Assembly: GCF_044324875.1 (NCBI RefSeq) | Contig: NZ_CP172185.1 | Length of the DNA stretch: 64,000 bases | Source: Escherichia coli | Lineage (GTDB): Bacteria; Pseudomonadota; Gammaproteobacteria; Enterobacterales; Enterobacteriaceae | Direction: 5' to 3' (one strand) | In this document: piece after piece, positions 1-14,252 of the stretch | Layout: each line of letters opens with the position of its first letter | Numbering within the stretch: the first letter of the stretch is position 1 | Notes under the pieces: model-generated | What the model was told of the DNA's origin: nothing | Database searches by the model: none | What the model saw: only the letters and a program-made list of their open reading frames with translations | Made by a program: the position numbers and the translations under genes

Positions 1-482
1 GGAATCAATGTGCTTTCACCAATGTTGTCGCAGACGACGGGGATAACCTCTGACTCACTGATGCGGTGACAGAGGATATTCTGCGGCTTCAGCGACATCG
101 TCACGATACGGTTATCCTGCAAATAACGCTTCAGCTGTTTCAGTAACTGGCGCAGTTGTGCAATGTCTTCTTCGTAACGGCATTGTTCAGCAAATTCGGT
201 CAGCGTAATGGAGGGCTTGCCGTCAAAATCGGCAATCACATCGTAGACATAACCGGTTCCGCAATCCGTCTCAACGGTACCGTGATAGCGCGGTATTCCA
301 CTCCAGTCTTTTAACCGGCGACCAAGATGCGTGTAGTACTTTAACTCACGGCGGATCTCTTTATCGCCACCATCGCCACGATGGTAGACAATCTTAATAC
401 AACGTTGGGCATCTTCCGGATGCGCATAACATTTCCGATGTCTTCCGGTGCCCAGGGGACTTTGTTCAGATAAGCGAATCAT
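1..482 (-). CDS. yrbL: YrbL, PhoP-regulated protein (partial; 3' end lies beyond the window start)
   Basis: Minus-strand ATG at 480-482 with GGAG 6 nt upstream; my translation begins MIRLSEQSPLGTGRHRKCYAHPEDAQRC and stays open to position 1. Not in the ORF track because no stop falls inside the window. Position next to npr matches K-12 order. Confidence 0.8.
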   Translation of the reverse strand, partial: MIRLSEQSPLGTGRHRKCYAHPEDAQRCIKIVYHRGDGGDKEIRRELKYYTHLGRRLKDWSGIPRYHGTVETDCGTGYVYDVIADFDGKPSITLTEFAEQCRYEEDIAQLRQLLKQLKRYLQDNRIVTMSLKPQNILCHRISESEVIPVVCDNIGESTLI

Positions 483-532
483 GCCATCTCCTGGAAATAT
501 TTTCTGACGATCTCCAGTATGGTCGATTAACT

Positions 533-549
533 TAAACAAAACCTAAACA
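533..549 (-). promoter_or_regulatory. PhoP box (direct repeat TGTTTA-n5-TGTTTA) upstream of yrbL
   Basis: Minus strand reads TGTTTAggtttTGTTTA, about 50 nt upstream of the yrbL ATG; matches the PhoP consensus (T/G)GTTTA-n5-(T/G)GTTTA. Confidence 0.6.
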
Positions 550-694
550 ATGCCTCTTAAGGTTTTCTTAAGGTTCTTCTGAAAGTGAAAAGCGCACAAA
601 ATGTACAAATGACGTTGATTGAGAACGATTTCAGTACGCGCTTTTCTTATTGTCGGGGGAGCTTGAAGGGATTTGAATGTCAAAGTGATGAAGA

Positions 695-967
695 TTAATC
701 TTCATCAAAACCAGAATTAAAGAGGGCGATAACGGCGGCCAGTGCTTCCTCTTCCTGTGGACCGGTCGCTTCAACTTCAATCTGCCGTCCTTTGGCAGAA
801 TCCAGCATCAGCAGTGCAATAACGCTGTTGGCTTCAGCCTCGGTGCCTTCGTCATTACGTAACAGCACTTCAGCGTCGAAACCCTGCATTAATTCAAACA
901 GCTTCATTGCAGGCCGGGCATGCATGCCCAGCTTGTTTGTGATTTCAACAGTTTGCTTGACGGTCAT
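695..967 (-). CDS. ptsO: Phosphocarrier protein NPr of the nitrogen PTS
   Basis: 90-aa [28 protein letters not shown]..., HPr-like; position after rapZ. Confidence 0.93.
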
Positions 968-1818
968 GGTTTACGTTTTTCCAGCGTACGATGGCGTGAC
1001 TGGACGTTTTTACCGCGCGAGCGGAAGTAGTCTGCCAGTTGCTCTGCAATATACACCGAACGGTGCTTCCCGCCGGTACAACCAATGGCAACCGTCAGGT
1101 AGCTACGGTTGTTGGTTTCCAGCATAGGTAACCATAGCTCAAGATAGCTTCGCGTCTGGTAGATAAAATTGTGTACTTCTGTGTGGCGGTCGAGGAACGC
1201 GGCGACAGGTTTATCAAGACCTGTCATTGGACGCAGTTTCGGATCCCAGTGCGGGTTCGGCAAGAAGCGCACGTCAAAGACGTAATCTGCATCGATAGGG
1301 ATACCGTGTTTGAAGCCGAAAGACTCAAAGACCATGGTCAGTTCGCGTTCACGTTTACCCAGCAGACGGGTACGCAGCATTTCAGCCAGCTCGTGAACGG
1401 ACATTTCTGAGGTATCGACAATCAGATCCGCTCGCGAACGCAGAGGCTCCAGCAGATCGCTTTCTTTGTCGATAGCACTTTCCAGCGACAGGTTTTTGCT
1501 GGAAAGCGGATGCAGTCGGCGCGTGTCACTGTAACGACGAATTAAGGTATTACGGTCGGCATCCAGGAACAGGAGTTGCGGTGAGAAAGCGTCAGGCAGG
1601 TTACTCATCGCCTGTTCGAATATTTCTGGTGACTCCGGCATATTACGAACATCAATGCTGACGGCGGCAGAAATCTCGCGATCGGCCAGAGTTCGAGCCA
1701 GATCGGGTAACAACACTACGGGAAGGTTATCCACGCAGTAAAAACCCATATCTTCCAGCGCACGCAGGGCGACAGATTTACCTGAACCTGAACGTCCGCT
1801 GACGATCATCAGTACCAT
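964..1818 (-). CDS. rapZ: RNase adaptor protein RapZ (P-loop NTPase)
   Basis: 284-aa ORF with Walker A GRSGSGKS; 4-nt overlap with ptsO. Confidence 0.93.
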
Positions 1819-1863
1819 GTACTGTTTCTCCTCACAACGTCTAAAAGAGACATTACCGAATAA

Positions 1864-2355
1864 CTACGCTTCATCCGGAGTACCTTCGGTATCCGTAATG
1901 ATTTGATACAGCTCTTCATCGCTCTGGGCAGCGCGTAAACGGCGGCAGATGGTTTTGTCCGCCAGACGTTTCGCCACCAGCGACAGAGTATGCAGGTGCG
2001 TTTTAGTTTGGTCTGCCGGCACCAGCAGGGCAAAAAGTAAATCCACCGGTTGGTTGTCGATGGCATCGAAAGCTATAGGCGTTTCGAGCTGAACGAAAAC
2101 GCCAACGGCGCGCAGAGTATCTTCTTCCAGTTTGCCATGCGGAATGGCAATACCATTGCCGATACCGGTACTGCCCATTTTTTCCCGCGTCAGGATAGCT
2201 TCAAAAACCACCTGAGGCGGCAGGCTAAGTTGTTTCGCCGCCAGCTCGCTGATGATTTCCAGGGCGCGTTTTTTGCTCTGACAGTGGACGCGGCTTCGCG
2301 TACATTCCCTGTTAAGAACACTGCTAAGCTGTAGAGTTGTATCATTATTTGTCAT
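1864..2355 (-). CDS. ptsN: Nitrogen PTS EIIA-Ntr
   Basis: ORF 1864..2379; start placed at internal Met (MTNNDTTLQLSSVL...) to give the 163-aa product I recall. Confidence 0.88.
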   Translation of the reverse strand: MTNNDTTLQLSSVLNRECTRSRVHCQSKKRALEIISELAAKQLSLPPQVVFEAILTREKMGSTGIGNGIAIPHGKLEEDTLRAVGVFVQLETPIAFDAIDNQPVDLLFALLVPADQTKTHLHTLSLVAKRLADKTICRRLRAAQSDEELYQIITDTEGTPDEA

Positions 2356-2472
2356 AATTTCACCTAAGAACCTGCCCACTCAAACAGTGGAACAGGCTCG
2401 GAGCATTAACCGTACAAATGGCCCGTTGTGCCGCACAACAGGCCGCCATGCACATGCTAATTGCCCGGACAA

Positions 2473-2760
2473 TTAGTGTTGTTTCAGTTTATCTTTATGT
2501 TTGGTCAACTGGCGTGCCAGCTTATCAATTAAGCCATCAATGGCAGCGTACATGTCCTGACCTTCCGCGCTGGCATGAATTTCACCACCGTTTACATGCA
2601 GTGTTGCATCTGAGGTGTGGGTGACTTTCTCCACTTTCAGAACAACATAGACCTGGTTGATTCGGTCAAAATATTGCTCAAGTTTGGCAAATTTGGCTGT
2701 AACAAATTCGCGCAGTGCCTCGGTGATCTCGACGTTATTTCCGGTAATGTTGAGCTGCAT
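2473..2760 (-). CDS. hpf: Ribosome hibernation promoting factor
   Basis: ORF 2473..2844; start placed at Met of MQLNITGNNVEITEALREF... (95 aa). Confidence 0.88.
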   Translation of the reverse strand: MQLNITGNNVEITEALREFVTAKFAKLEQYFDRINQVYVVLKVEKVTHTSDATLHVNGGEIHASAEGQDMYAAIDGLIDKLARQLTKHKDKLKQH

Positions 2761-2782
2761 AGTGTCTTCCTTATCGGTTGGG

Positions 2783-4216
2783 TCAAACGAGCTGTTTACG
2801 CTGGTTTGACGGCGGAATGGATAAAGACTCTCGGTACTTCGCAACAGTGCGGCGTGCCACCATGATACCTTGTTCCGACAGCAAAGAGGTTAACTTGCTG
2901 TCGCTCAACGGTTTCGCTGGGTTTTCCGCCGCGATTAATTTCTTCACCAGCGCACGAATCGCCGTGGAGGAAGCTTCGCCGCCGCCCTCGGTATTGACGT
3001 GACTGGAAAAGAAATACTTCAGTTCAAAAATGCCTCGTGGACTATGCAGGTATTTTTGCGTGGTCACGCGAGATATCGTCGATTCATGCATTTCGACAGC
3101 CTGGGCGATATCGGCCAGTACCATCGGTTTCATATATTCTTCGCCTTGCTCAAAGAAGGCTTGCTGCTGTTCAACGATACAGCGACTCACGCGCAGTAGC
3201 GTATCGTTACGGCTTTCCAGACTCTTGATCAACCATTTGGCATCCTGCAGATTGCTGCGGATAAACTGGCTGTCACCATCGTTGCGCGCGTTATTGCACA
3301 TCGAGGCGTAGTGCTGGTTGATTTGCAGACGCGGAATGCTGTCACTGTTGAGTTCTACCGTCCAGTGACCGTTATGCTTACGCACCAGCACATCTGGAAT
3401 GACATACTCAGGTTCGCCCGTCTGGATCGACTGCCCGGGGCGCGGATCGAGCGACTGGATCAGATTGACGGCTTCTTTCAGCACATCTTCTTTCAGACGC
3501 GTGACGCGCATTAAAGTGCGGAAGTCGTGATTGGCTAACAGATCGAGATGATCGCTAATGATCAGTCTGGCCTCTTCCAGCCATGGCGTGGTTTTATCGA
3601 ATTGGGAGAGTTGGATCAGCAGACAGTCACGCAGATCTTTTGCTGCCACACCGACCGGATCAAACCGTTGGATCCGCTTAAGGACGGCTTCAACTTCGTC
3701 GATGTCAATCTCTTCATCGCCCATACTTTCGAGAATATCTTCCAGTGGGACAGTCAGATAACCGGTGTCATCAACGGCATCGACGATAGAGGTAGCAATA
3801 GCGCGGTCAGTGTCAGAAAACGGTGTCAACTCGACCTGCCACATCAGGTAATCCTGCAAGGTCTGCGTCGTTTCGCCCTGATAGACCGGCAGCTCGTCGT
3901 CAATGTAGTCACCGCTGGTGCCGGATGGTGTACCAGCGGTGTAAATGGTGTCCCAACTGGCATCGAGCGGCAGCTCTTCCGGCATCTCTTTTTGTTCGAA
4001 CGCGTCGGCGGTGTCCAGCGTTTCACTGTCTTGCGTTTCGCGGGTGTCGATTTCTTCATGAGTGTCGATTTGCTCAAGCAGCGGATTACTCTCCAGCGCC
4101 TGCTGTAGCTCCTGCTGAAGTTCCAGCGTCGACAACTGCAACAGACGAATTGCCTGTTGGAGCTGTGGCGTCATCGCCAGTTGTTGGCTAAGCCTGAGTT
4201 GCAAACCTTGCTTCAT
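2783..4216 (-). CDS. rpoN: RNA polymerase sigma-54 factor
   Basis: 477-aa [31 protein letters not shown]..., C-terminal RpoN box [10 protein letters not shown]. Confidence 0.95.
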   Translation of the reverse strand: MKQGLQLRLSQQLAMTPQLQQAIRLLQLSTLELQQELQQALESNPLLEQIDTHEEIDTRETQDSETLDTADAFEQKEMPEELPLDASWDTIYTAGTPSGTSGDYIDDELPVYQGETTQTLQDYLMWQVELTPFSDTDRAIATSIVDAVDDTGYLTVPLEDILESMGDEEIDIDEVEAVLKRIQRFDPVGVAAKDLRDCLLIQLSQFDKTTPWLEEARLIISDHLDLLANHDFRTLMRVTRLKEDVLKEAVNLIQSLDPRPGQSIQTGEPEYVIPDVLVRKHNGHWTVELNSDSIPRLQINQHYASMCNNARNDGDSQFIRSNLQDAKWLIKSLESRNDTLLRVSRCIVEQQQAFFEQGEEYMKPMVLADIAQAVEMHESTISRVTTQKYLHSPRGIFELKYFFSSHVNTEGGGEASSTAIRALVKKLIAAENPAKPLSDSKLTSLLSEQGIMVARRTVAKYRESLSIPPSNQRKQLV

Positions 4217-4263
4217 GTTCAGAATCGTACTCTCCTGCTAAAACGTCGCAAACTTCTACCCTA

Positions 4264-4989
4264 TCAGAGTCTGAAGTCTTCCCCAAGGTATACACGCTTA
4301 ACGTGTTCGTCTTGTAAGATTTCCGTAGGCGTGCCGTGGGCGATCAAATGCCCCTGACTGACGATATAAGCGCGTTCACAAACCGCCAGTGTTTCACGCA
4401 CGTTGTGGTCAGTGATCAGTACGCCCAGGCCGCTGTCGCGCAGGTGCTCAATGATGCGTTTAATGTCGATAACCGAGATCGGGTCAACCCCGGCAAACGG
4501 TTCGTCGAGCAGAATAAATTTCGGATTCGCAGCCAGTGCGCGGGCAATTTCTACACGGCGACGTTCACCCCCGGAGAGTGACTGCCCCATGCTGTCACGC
4601 AAGTGTTCAATGTGAAACTCTTCCATCAGCTCGTTCGCGCGGTCTTCACGTTGTTCAGCAGACAAGTCGTCACGAATTTGCAGTACCGCCATCAGGTTAT
4701 CGTAAACGCTGAGGCGACGGAAAATGGAGGCTTCCTGTGGCAGATAGCCGATACCGCGGCGCGCGCGTGCATGCAGTGGCAGCAGACTGATATCGTCATC
4801 ATCAATAATGATGTTGCCCGCATCGCGCGGCACAATGCCTACAACCATGTAGAAAGTGGTGGTCTTACCGGCACCGTTTGGCCCCAGCAGACCGACAATT
4901 TCCCCGGAGTTGACGGTCAGGCTGACGTCTTCTACCACGCGACGGCCTTTATAGGCTTTTGCAAGGTTCTTTGCAGTTAATGTTGCCAT
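4264..4989 (-). CDS. lptB: LPS export ABC transporter ATP-binding protein
   Basis: 241-aa ORF with Walker [10 protein letters not shown] and ABC signature LSGGERRR. Confidence 0.95.
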
Positions 4990-4995
4990 AACGAA

Positions 4996-5553
4996 TTAAT
5001 TACCCTTCTTCTGTGCCGGGGTCTGGCCTTTGTTGTTTTTGTCCTGCAGCTGCGACGGCACCAGAACGGTGGTTACGCGCTTACCTTTGTCGCTGAAAGC
5101 CTGCATTTTCTGCTCTTTCACCAGGTAAGTGATCTTATCGCCCTTAATGTTGCTATCGACCTGCTGCAGATAAGCATTACCCGTCAGAACGACAAAATCT
5201 TTTGCCAGTTCGTAGTGCATCTGGGAAGCGTGACCTTCAACGGGTTTACCATTGTCCTGCATCTGGTAGAACGTTGCCGGTTTACCGTAGCCGTCAATCA
5301 CTTCTTTACCTTGTTCGCCGCCCGGACGGGTAACGACCACTTTGTCGGCATTAATTTTGATGGTACCCTGGGTGACGATGACATTACCGGTAAAGGTAAC
5401 CACGTTGCCTTGCATATCAAGAGATTGCTGGTCCGATTCAATGTGGATCGGCTGATCAGTGTCTCCGGTTACGGCAAATGCCGGAATGCTGGCGGCCAGA
5501 AGTGAGCTGGCAAGCACAAGATTAAGGCTGAGTTTGTTTGTTTTGAATTTCAT
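4996..5553 (-). CDS. lptA: LPS transport periplasmic protein LptA
   Basis: ORF 4996..5574; start at internal Met MKFKTNKLSLNLVLASSLLAASIPAFA (signal peptide), 185 aa. Confidence 0.88.
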   Translation of the reverse strand: MKFKTNKLSLNLVLASSLLAASIPAFAVTGDTDQPIHIESDQQSLDMQGNVVTFTGNVIVTQGTIKINADKVVVTRPGGEQGKEVIDGYGKPATFYQMQDNGKPVEGHASQMHYELAKDFVVLTGNAYLQQVDSNIKGDKITYLVKEQKMQAFSDKGKRVTTVLVPSQLQDKNNKGQTPAQKKGN

Positions 5554-6097
5554 AGGATGTTCTAACCTTTTCAATCAGCTCGGCGTTCTTGCTGCGTAAG
5601 TTGCCGCGCATTTTCAGACCGCTGGAGTTAAATGTTGTTCCGTATAACGTGACGAGGTCTTCAGAGGTAACATCCTGCGTCACCAGATTGATCTGCGCGT
5701 TATCCGTCGTGATTCTGCGAAGTTGAGAGTCCGGCACAAGTGCGTTGACTTCAACGTGTCCATATAAATAGAGCATCCGGTCATTGGTCAGCTTGGCTTT
5801 ATCTGCTTTTACGGACCATGTCGGGATTTTATCCTTATCAAACGTGGTAAGTACCGGCTGCGTAAACCACGAAACGGCCTGATCGGAATAATATTCAACG
5901 TGTTGAGCAATCAATCGATAGCTTAGTGCCCCTTCTGGGTTATAGACGAGCGTGTCCGTATGCTCGCTTTTATAGGTGGGATCATTGTTGTTGACGACCA
6001 CCTGGGCGGTATCGTCTTTTTCGGCCATATTAATGCCGATCATCACCAGAACCGCCAGTGATAGCACAATGATAACCCAACGTCTGGCTTTACTCAT
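5522..6097 (-). CDS. lptC: LPS export inner-membrane anchored protein LptC
   Basis: 191-aa ORF MSKARRWVIIVLSLAVLVMIGINMA...; overlaps lptA start. Confidence 0.92.
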   Translation of the reverse strand: MSKARRWVIIVLSLAVLVMIGINMAEKDDTAQVVVNNNDPTYKSEHTDTLVYNPEGALSYRLIAQHVEYYSDQAVSWFTQPVLTTFDKDKIPTWSVKADKAKLTNDRMLYLYGHVEVNALVPDSQLRRITTDNAQINLVTQDVTSEDLVTLYGTTFNSSGLKMRGNLRSKNAELIEKVRTSYEIQNKQTQP

Positions 6098-6660
6098 ATC
6101 GATTGCCCTTTGGCTTCATCCAGTTTGCCCTGCGCCAGGAGTAATAAGTCGCAAACTTCTCGCACTGCGCCACGACCGCCAGCAATGCGCGTCACGTAAT
6201 CGGCGCGCGGGATCAACAGTGGATGCGCATCGGCCACGGCGACGCTTAAACCCACTTTTTCCATTACCGGCCAGTCGATGAGATCATCGCCGACATAAGC
6301 CACATTTTCCGGGGCAATCGCCAGTTTTTCCAGCAGATCGCTAAAGGCGATCAGTTTGTTTGACTGCCCCTGATACAAGTGAGTGATCCCCAATGTGGCA
6401 CAACGATCTTCTACCAGTTTAGCCTTTCGCCCGGTAATGATAGCGACTTCAATATCAGAGGTGAGCGCACAACGAATGCCATAACCGTCACGAACATTGA
6501 ACGCTTTCAGCTCTTCGCCATTATTGCCCATATAAATCAGGCCATCTGACAGTACGCCATCGACATCGAGGATCAGCAGACGAATGTTCTCTGCTTTTGC
6601 TATAACGTCGGCGCTGACAGGGCCGTAACAGGTCGCAAGCGACGCACCTGCTTTGCTCAT
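6094..6660 (-). CDS. kdsC: KDO-8-phosphate phosphatase
   Basis: 188-aa HAD-family ORF with LLILDVDGVLSDG motif. Confidence 0.93.
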   Translation of the reverse strand: MSKAGASLATCYGPVSADVIAKAENIRLLILDVDGVLSDGLIYMGNNGEELKAFNVRDGYGIRCALTSDIEVAIITGRKAKLVEDRCATLGITHLYQGQSNKLIAFSDLLEKLAIAPENVAYVGDDLIDWPVMEKVGLSVAVADAHPLLIPRADYVTRIAGGRGAVREVCDLLLLAQGKLDEAKGQSI

Positions 6661-6680
6661 TGTTGTTTATCCTTGAATCT

Positions 6681-7667
6681 TTACACTACGCCTGCACGCA
6701 GTAAATCATGCATATGTAACACACCGAGTAAATGGTCGCCATCGGCAACCATCACGGAGGTGATATGGCGGGACTGCATTAAGTTCAGTGCCTCAACGGC
6801 CAGAATGCCAGGGCGCACGCGTATTCCCCCCGGCGTCATAACATCGGCAATACTTAACTGACGAACATCCACGCCCATATCGAAGACACGGCGTAAATCA
6901 CCGTCGGTAAAGATGCCTTCAATCATCATATTGTCATCGCAAATGACAGTCATACCAAGATTTTTGCGGGTAACTTCCAGCAATGCGTCACGCAGACTGG
7001 CCGTTTTTTTAACATGCGGGATCTCATCGCCCGTATGCATAATATCGTTTACGCGTAGCAGAAGTTTACGACCCAGTGCGCCGCCTGGGTGTGAGAGCGC
7101 AAAATCTTCAGCAGTAAAGCCGCGTGCTTTTAACAGAGCGACAGCGAGGGCATCGCCCATAACCAGCGTGGCGGTGGTGCTGCTGGTCGGTGCCAGCCCT
7201 AACGGACAGGCTTCTTTCGCTACTTTAACACACAGATGAACATCTGCGGCGCGCGCCATGCTGCTCTCCGGGCGACCGGTGATGCAGATTAACGGTACGT
7301 GAAGACGCTTAAGCACTGGAATTAAGGCCGTGATTTCGCTGGATTCACCTGAGTTAGAGATAGCAATCACCACATCCTGTGGGGTGACCATGCCTAAATC
7401 ACCATGCGCGGCTTCACCAGGATGGACGAAAAATGAAGGTGTACCGGTGCTGGCAAACGTTGCCGCCATTTTGCGCCCAATATGCCCCGATTTCCCCATC
7501 CCCATGACGACAACTTTCCCTTTACACCAGAACATCTTTTCACAGGCAAGCGTGAAATTCTGATTGATGTATTGATCAAGCTCCGCCAGGCATTCACGTT
7601 CAATCGCCAGGACTTCTTTACCTGCTTGCTGAAAGTCAAAACCCGGTTGTAACTCTACGTGCGACAT
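6681..7667 (-). CDS. kdsD: D-arabinose 5-phosphate isomerase (SIS plus tandem CBS domains)
   Basis: ORF 6681..7688; start at internal Met MSHVELQPGFDF... giving 328 aa. Confidence 0.9.
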   Translation of the reverse strand: MSHVELQPGFDFQQAGKEVLAIERECLAELDQYINQNFTLACEKMFWCKGKVVVMGMGKSGHIGRKMAATFASTGTPSFFVHPGEAAHGDLGMVTPQDVVIAISNSGESSEITALIPVLKRLHVPLICITGRPESSMARAADVHLCVKVAKEACPLGLAPTSSTTATLVMGDALAVALLKARGFTAEDFALSHPGGALGRKLLLRVNDIMHTGDEIPHVKKTASLRDALLEVTRKNLGMTVICDDNMMIEGIFTDGDLRRVFDMGVDVRQLSIADVMTPGGIRVRPGILAVEALNLMQSRHITSVMVADGDHLLGVLHMHDLLRAGVV

Positions 7668-7680
7668 AATGCGTTTCCAG

Positions 7681-8658
7681 TTATTCAACGAGTATTGGCG
7701 ATAACCAGTACAACATCGCCAGCCATACGATAAATCCGCCAGTTAATAATACCCCTACACCACGGCCCGGTTGCGGGGAGCGCCGCCAGCATAGCAACGC
7801 AAAAATAATGCTCACCAGCAACATCACGCTGTAGTCACGACTGTACGCCAGTGGATCAATCTCTCCTGGCGTTATCAGCGCGGGTAAACCCAACACGATG
7901 ACAATATTAAAAATGTTTGCGCCAATGATATTTCCGACAGCAATGTCGTTTTCACCTTTGCGAACCCCCGCTATTGCGGTTGCCAGTTCCGGCAGGCTGG
8001 TTCCGATAGCAATTGCCGTCAGACCCATCGTCAACTCGCTGATGGCAAAGTAATTCGCCAGCACCGTGGCGTTATCAACCACCATCCGCGTGGCCACTGG
8101 CATGATGATAAGCGCAATGCCGAGCCATAAAAACGCGACGGGCAATCCACCGTCACGCGGCAACTCTGCAAGCTGCTCTCTGGTCAGGCTGTCAGTCCCC
8201 TGACGTTCAGCCTGACGTGCAAGTTTAACAATGAACAGCAGCCATAGCACAGCCAGAAAGAGGAGAAAGATACCATCGCTGCGACTAAGTTGTCCGTCAT
8301 AGAGTACGGAACCGGCCACCACGCTGACCAACAACATTAAGGGTAATTCACGGCGTAGAACATCAGAATGGACGGTAAAAGGACGAACCAGCGCAGCCAG
8401 ACCGAGGATCAGCAATATATTGATAATGTTTGAGCCGAGGGCTGTACCAACGGCTAAATCGCGTTGTTCGTGCAAAGACGCGGCAAGCGAGACGATGATT
8501 TCTGGTAACGATGTACCAATACTGACCACCGTCATGCCGATGATCAGCGGCGGGATGCCAAAGGTTCGGCAAAGAATAGACGCGGCAAAAACCAGGCGGT
8601 CGGCACTGTAAACGACCAAAAGTAAACCAACAATTAACAGTGCCGTAGCTAAAAGCAT
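7681..8658 (-). CDS. yrbG: Na+/Ca2+ exchanger family inner-membrane protein
   Basis: 325-aa polytopic membrane ORF with duplicated GTSLPE motifs. Confidence 0.9.
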   Translation of the reverse strand: MLLATALLIVGLLLVVYSADRLVFAASILCRTFGIPPLIIGMTVVSIGTSLPEIIVSLAASLHEQRDLAVGTALGSNIINILLILGLAALVRPFTVHSDVLRRELPLMLLVSVVAGSVLYDGQLSRSDGIFLLFLAVLWLLFIVKLARQAERQGTDSLTREQLAELPRDGGLPVAFLWLGIALIIMPVATRMVVDNATVLANYFAISELTMGLTAIAIGTSLPELATAIAGVRKGENDIAVGNIIGANIFNIVIVLGLPALITPGEIDPLAYSRDYSVMLLVSIIFALLCWRRSPQPGRGVGVLLTGGFIVWLAMLYWLSPILVE

Positions 8659-8867
8659 CTAACGTCCTTTCTTCAGGTATACTCGCCGGTCCGCTGAAGA
8701 TTTTCAGAAAGCCGTAACGGATTCTTAATTTTGACTTTATGCGGCTAAAAAGTAAAACAAATGCCAGCTTTCGCTAACCACGGCGGGTAATATTCTGTAA
8801 ATATGTTGGGTTCAAGGTTAAATTGAGCGCCATGCTTAGAAAATCAACGCAAGACGAAGGGTGAATT

Positions 8868-10467
<1,600 letters not shown>

Positions 10468-10471
10468 GTTC

Positions 10472-11023
10472 ATGCAAACGAAAAAAAATGAAATTTGGGT
10501 GGGTATCTTTTTATTAGCAGCACTACTGGCGGCGCTGTTTGTTTGCCTGAAGGCGGCGAACGTGACGTCCATACGTACTGAACCGACCTACACGCTTTAT
10601 GCGACGTTCGATAACATTGGCGGCCTGAAAGCGCGCTCTCCGGTCAGCATTGGTGGTGTTGTTGTGGGCCGGGTGGCGGATATTACGCTGGACCCGAAAA
10701 CATATCTGCCGCGCGTAACGCTGGAAATTGAACAACGTTATAACCACATTCCTGATACCAGTTCGCTGAGCATTCGTACTTCCGGCCTGCTGGGGGAACA
10801 ATATCTGGCATTAAACGTCGGTTTTGAAGACCCGGAACTGGGGACTGCTATCCTGAAGGATGGCGATACAATTCAGGACACCAAGTCTGCGATGGTGCTG
10901 GAAGATCTTATTGGTCAGTTCCTTTACGGTAGTAAAGGCGATGACAATAAGAATAGTGGCGATGCGCCAGCTGCTGCGCCAGGTAATAATGAAACCACTG
11001 AACCTGTGGGTACAACGAAATAA
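10472..11023 (+). CDS. mlaD: MCE-domain phospholipid-binding protein MlaD
   Basis: ORF 10457..11023; start at internal Met MQTKKNEIWVGIFLLAALL... (183 aa). Confidence 0.9.
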   Translation: MQTKKNEIWVGIFLLAALLAALFVCLKAANVTSIRTEPTYTLYATFDNIGGLKARSPVSIGGVVVGRVADITLDPKTYLPRVTLEIEQRYNHIPDTSSLSIRTSGLLGEQYLALNVGFEDPELGTAILKDGDTIQDTKSAMVLEDLIGQFLYGSKGDDNKNSGDAPAAAPGNNETTEPVGTTK

Positions 11024-11676
<653 letters not shown>

Positions 11677-11677
<1 letters not shown>

Positions 11678-11970
11678 TGAGCGAGTCACTGAGCTGGATG
11701 CAGACGGGTGACACGCTGGCGCTATCCGGAGAGCTGGATCAGGACGTTCTGCTACCGCTTTGGGAAATGCGTGAGGAAGCGGTGAAGGGGATTACCTGCA
11801 TCGATCTTAGCCGTGTGTCCCGCGTGGATACGGGTGGACTGGCATTGCTGCTCCATCTTATCGATCTGGCGAAAAAGCAGGGCAACAACGTGACGCTTCA
11901 GGGGGTAAACGACAAAGTGTATACCCTGGCGAAATTGTATAATTTGCCTACTGATGTTCTGCCTCGTTAA
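11677..11970 (+). CDS. mlaB: STAS-domain protein MlaB
   Basis: ORF 11581..11970; start at Met of MSESLSWMQTGDTLALSGEL..., ATG overlapping the mlaC stop (TAATG), 97 aa. Confidence 0.88.
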
Positions 11971-12129
11971 ATTTTTTCAGGCCGGATATGGCGTTAACCG
12001 CCTGTCCGGCAAACCTGCCTGCAAGTCGAGCCTTGTCTGATTTATCAGCGAGGCTTTTTGCTTATTTATGCCAGCGCAACTTTGCTCTAAGATGTTTCGC
12101 TGGTTTATTAACTGATGATTGAAGATCCC

Positions 12130-12384
12130 ATGGAAAATAATGAAATTCAGAGCGTGTTGATGAACGCTCTCTCCCTCCAGGAAGTCCACGTTTCCGGCGA
12201 TGGCAGCCACTTTCAGGTTATTGCCGTGGGTGAGTTGTTTGACGGCATGAGTCGGGTTAAAAAACAGCAGACGGTCTATGGCCCGCTGATGGAATATATT
12301 GCGGATAACCGCATTCATGCTGTGTCGATCAAAGCGTATACCCCTGCGGAGTGGGCGCGCGATCGCAAACTGAACGGCTTTTGA
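12130..12384 (+). CDS. ibaG: BolA-family acid-stress protein IbaG
   Basis: ORF 12115..12384; start at internal Met [30 protein letters not shown]... (84 aa). Confidence 0.88.
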
Positions 12385-12438
12385 GCTATGGGCGATTCGC
12401 CGGTAGCGGATATGAATTGTTAACTGAGAACAAACTAA

Positions 12439-13698
<1,260 letters not shown>

Positions 13699-13745
13699 TT
13701 GTCTGAGAGCTGGCAGCCCCGTTCGCGGGGCTACCGCCAGACCAC

Positions 13746-14024
13746 TCATTTTTTCGGTTTAGTGTAGCTACGCATCAACTGCGTTCTGTCGATAAACTCA
13801 TGGGTCTGCGGATCATGGTAGCGAGATGGCCAGATAATCCAGGGGTCAGTTCCCAGGGCTTTCGCAATAATCATCTCTCCTTTCGGCCAGGGGCGCGATA
13901 ATGCGTTCGCCAGCGTTGAGGAACTCAAACCATTTCTGCGAGATTCCGCCGCCATTGACGTTCCCTTCTTGCGCAAACCCGCAATGATGTCAGCGGGATG
14001 CCAGTCAATGAAATTACTTTCCAT
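13746..14024 (-). CDS. sfsB: Ner-like DNA-binding regulator SfsB (Nlp)
   Basis: 92-aa ORF MESNFIDWHPADIIAGLRKKGTSMAAESRRNGLSSSTLANAL... Confidence 0.88.
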   Translation of the reverse strand: MESNFIDWHPADIIAGLRKKGTSMAAESRRNGLSSSTLANALSRPWPKGEMIIAKALGTDPWIIWPSRYHDPQTHEFIDRTQLMRSYTKPKK

Positions 14025-14252
14025 CTTTCCTCACTCCTTAAGTTAGTCGCTTTCATTCAGAACATTTCTTCTGTCGGGCATCACTATACTCCTGATGGCG
14101 TATTGTTCTAAAAAGTTCCTGTAAAGAGTGTGAATATTCAGAATATATAAAGATGTACAGCCCTATTATTCAGGTGTTATAGAGCTGAATAAGTGTTTTT
14201 ATGGAATTTACTAGAACCATCCCGCGCGCTGCGCGGGATGCGGGGGAGGGGA

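Noticed and set aside
792-1127. 111-aa plus-strand ORF overlapping ptsO and rapZ
   Set aside because: Antisense to two well-supported genes and spanning their junction.
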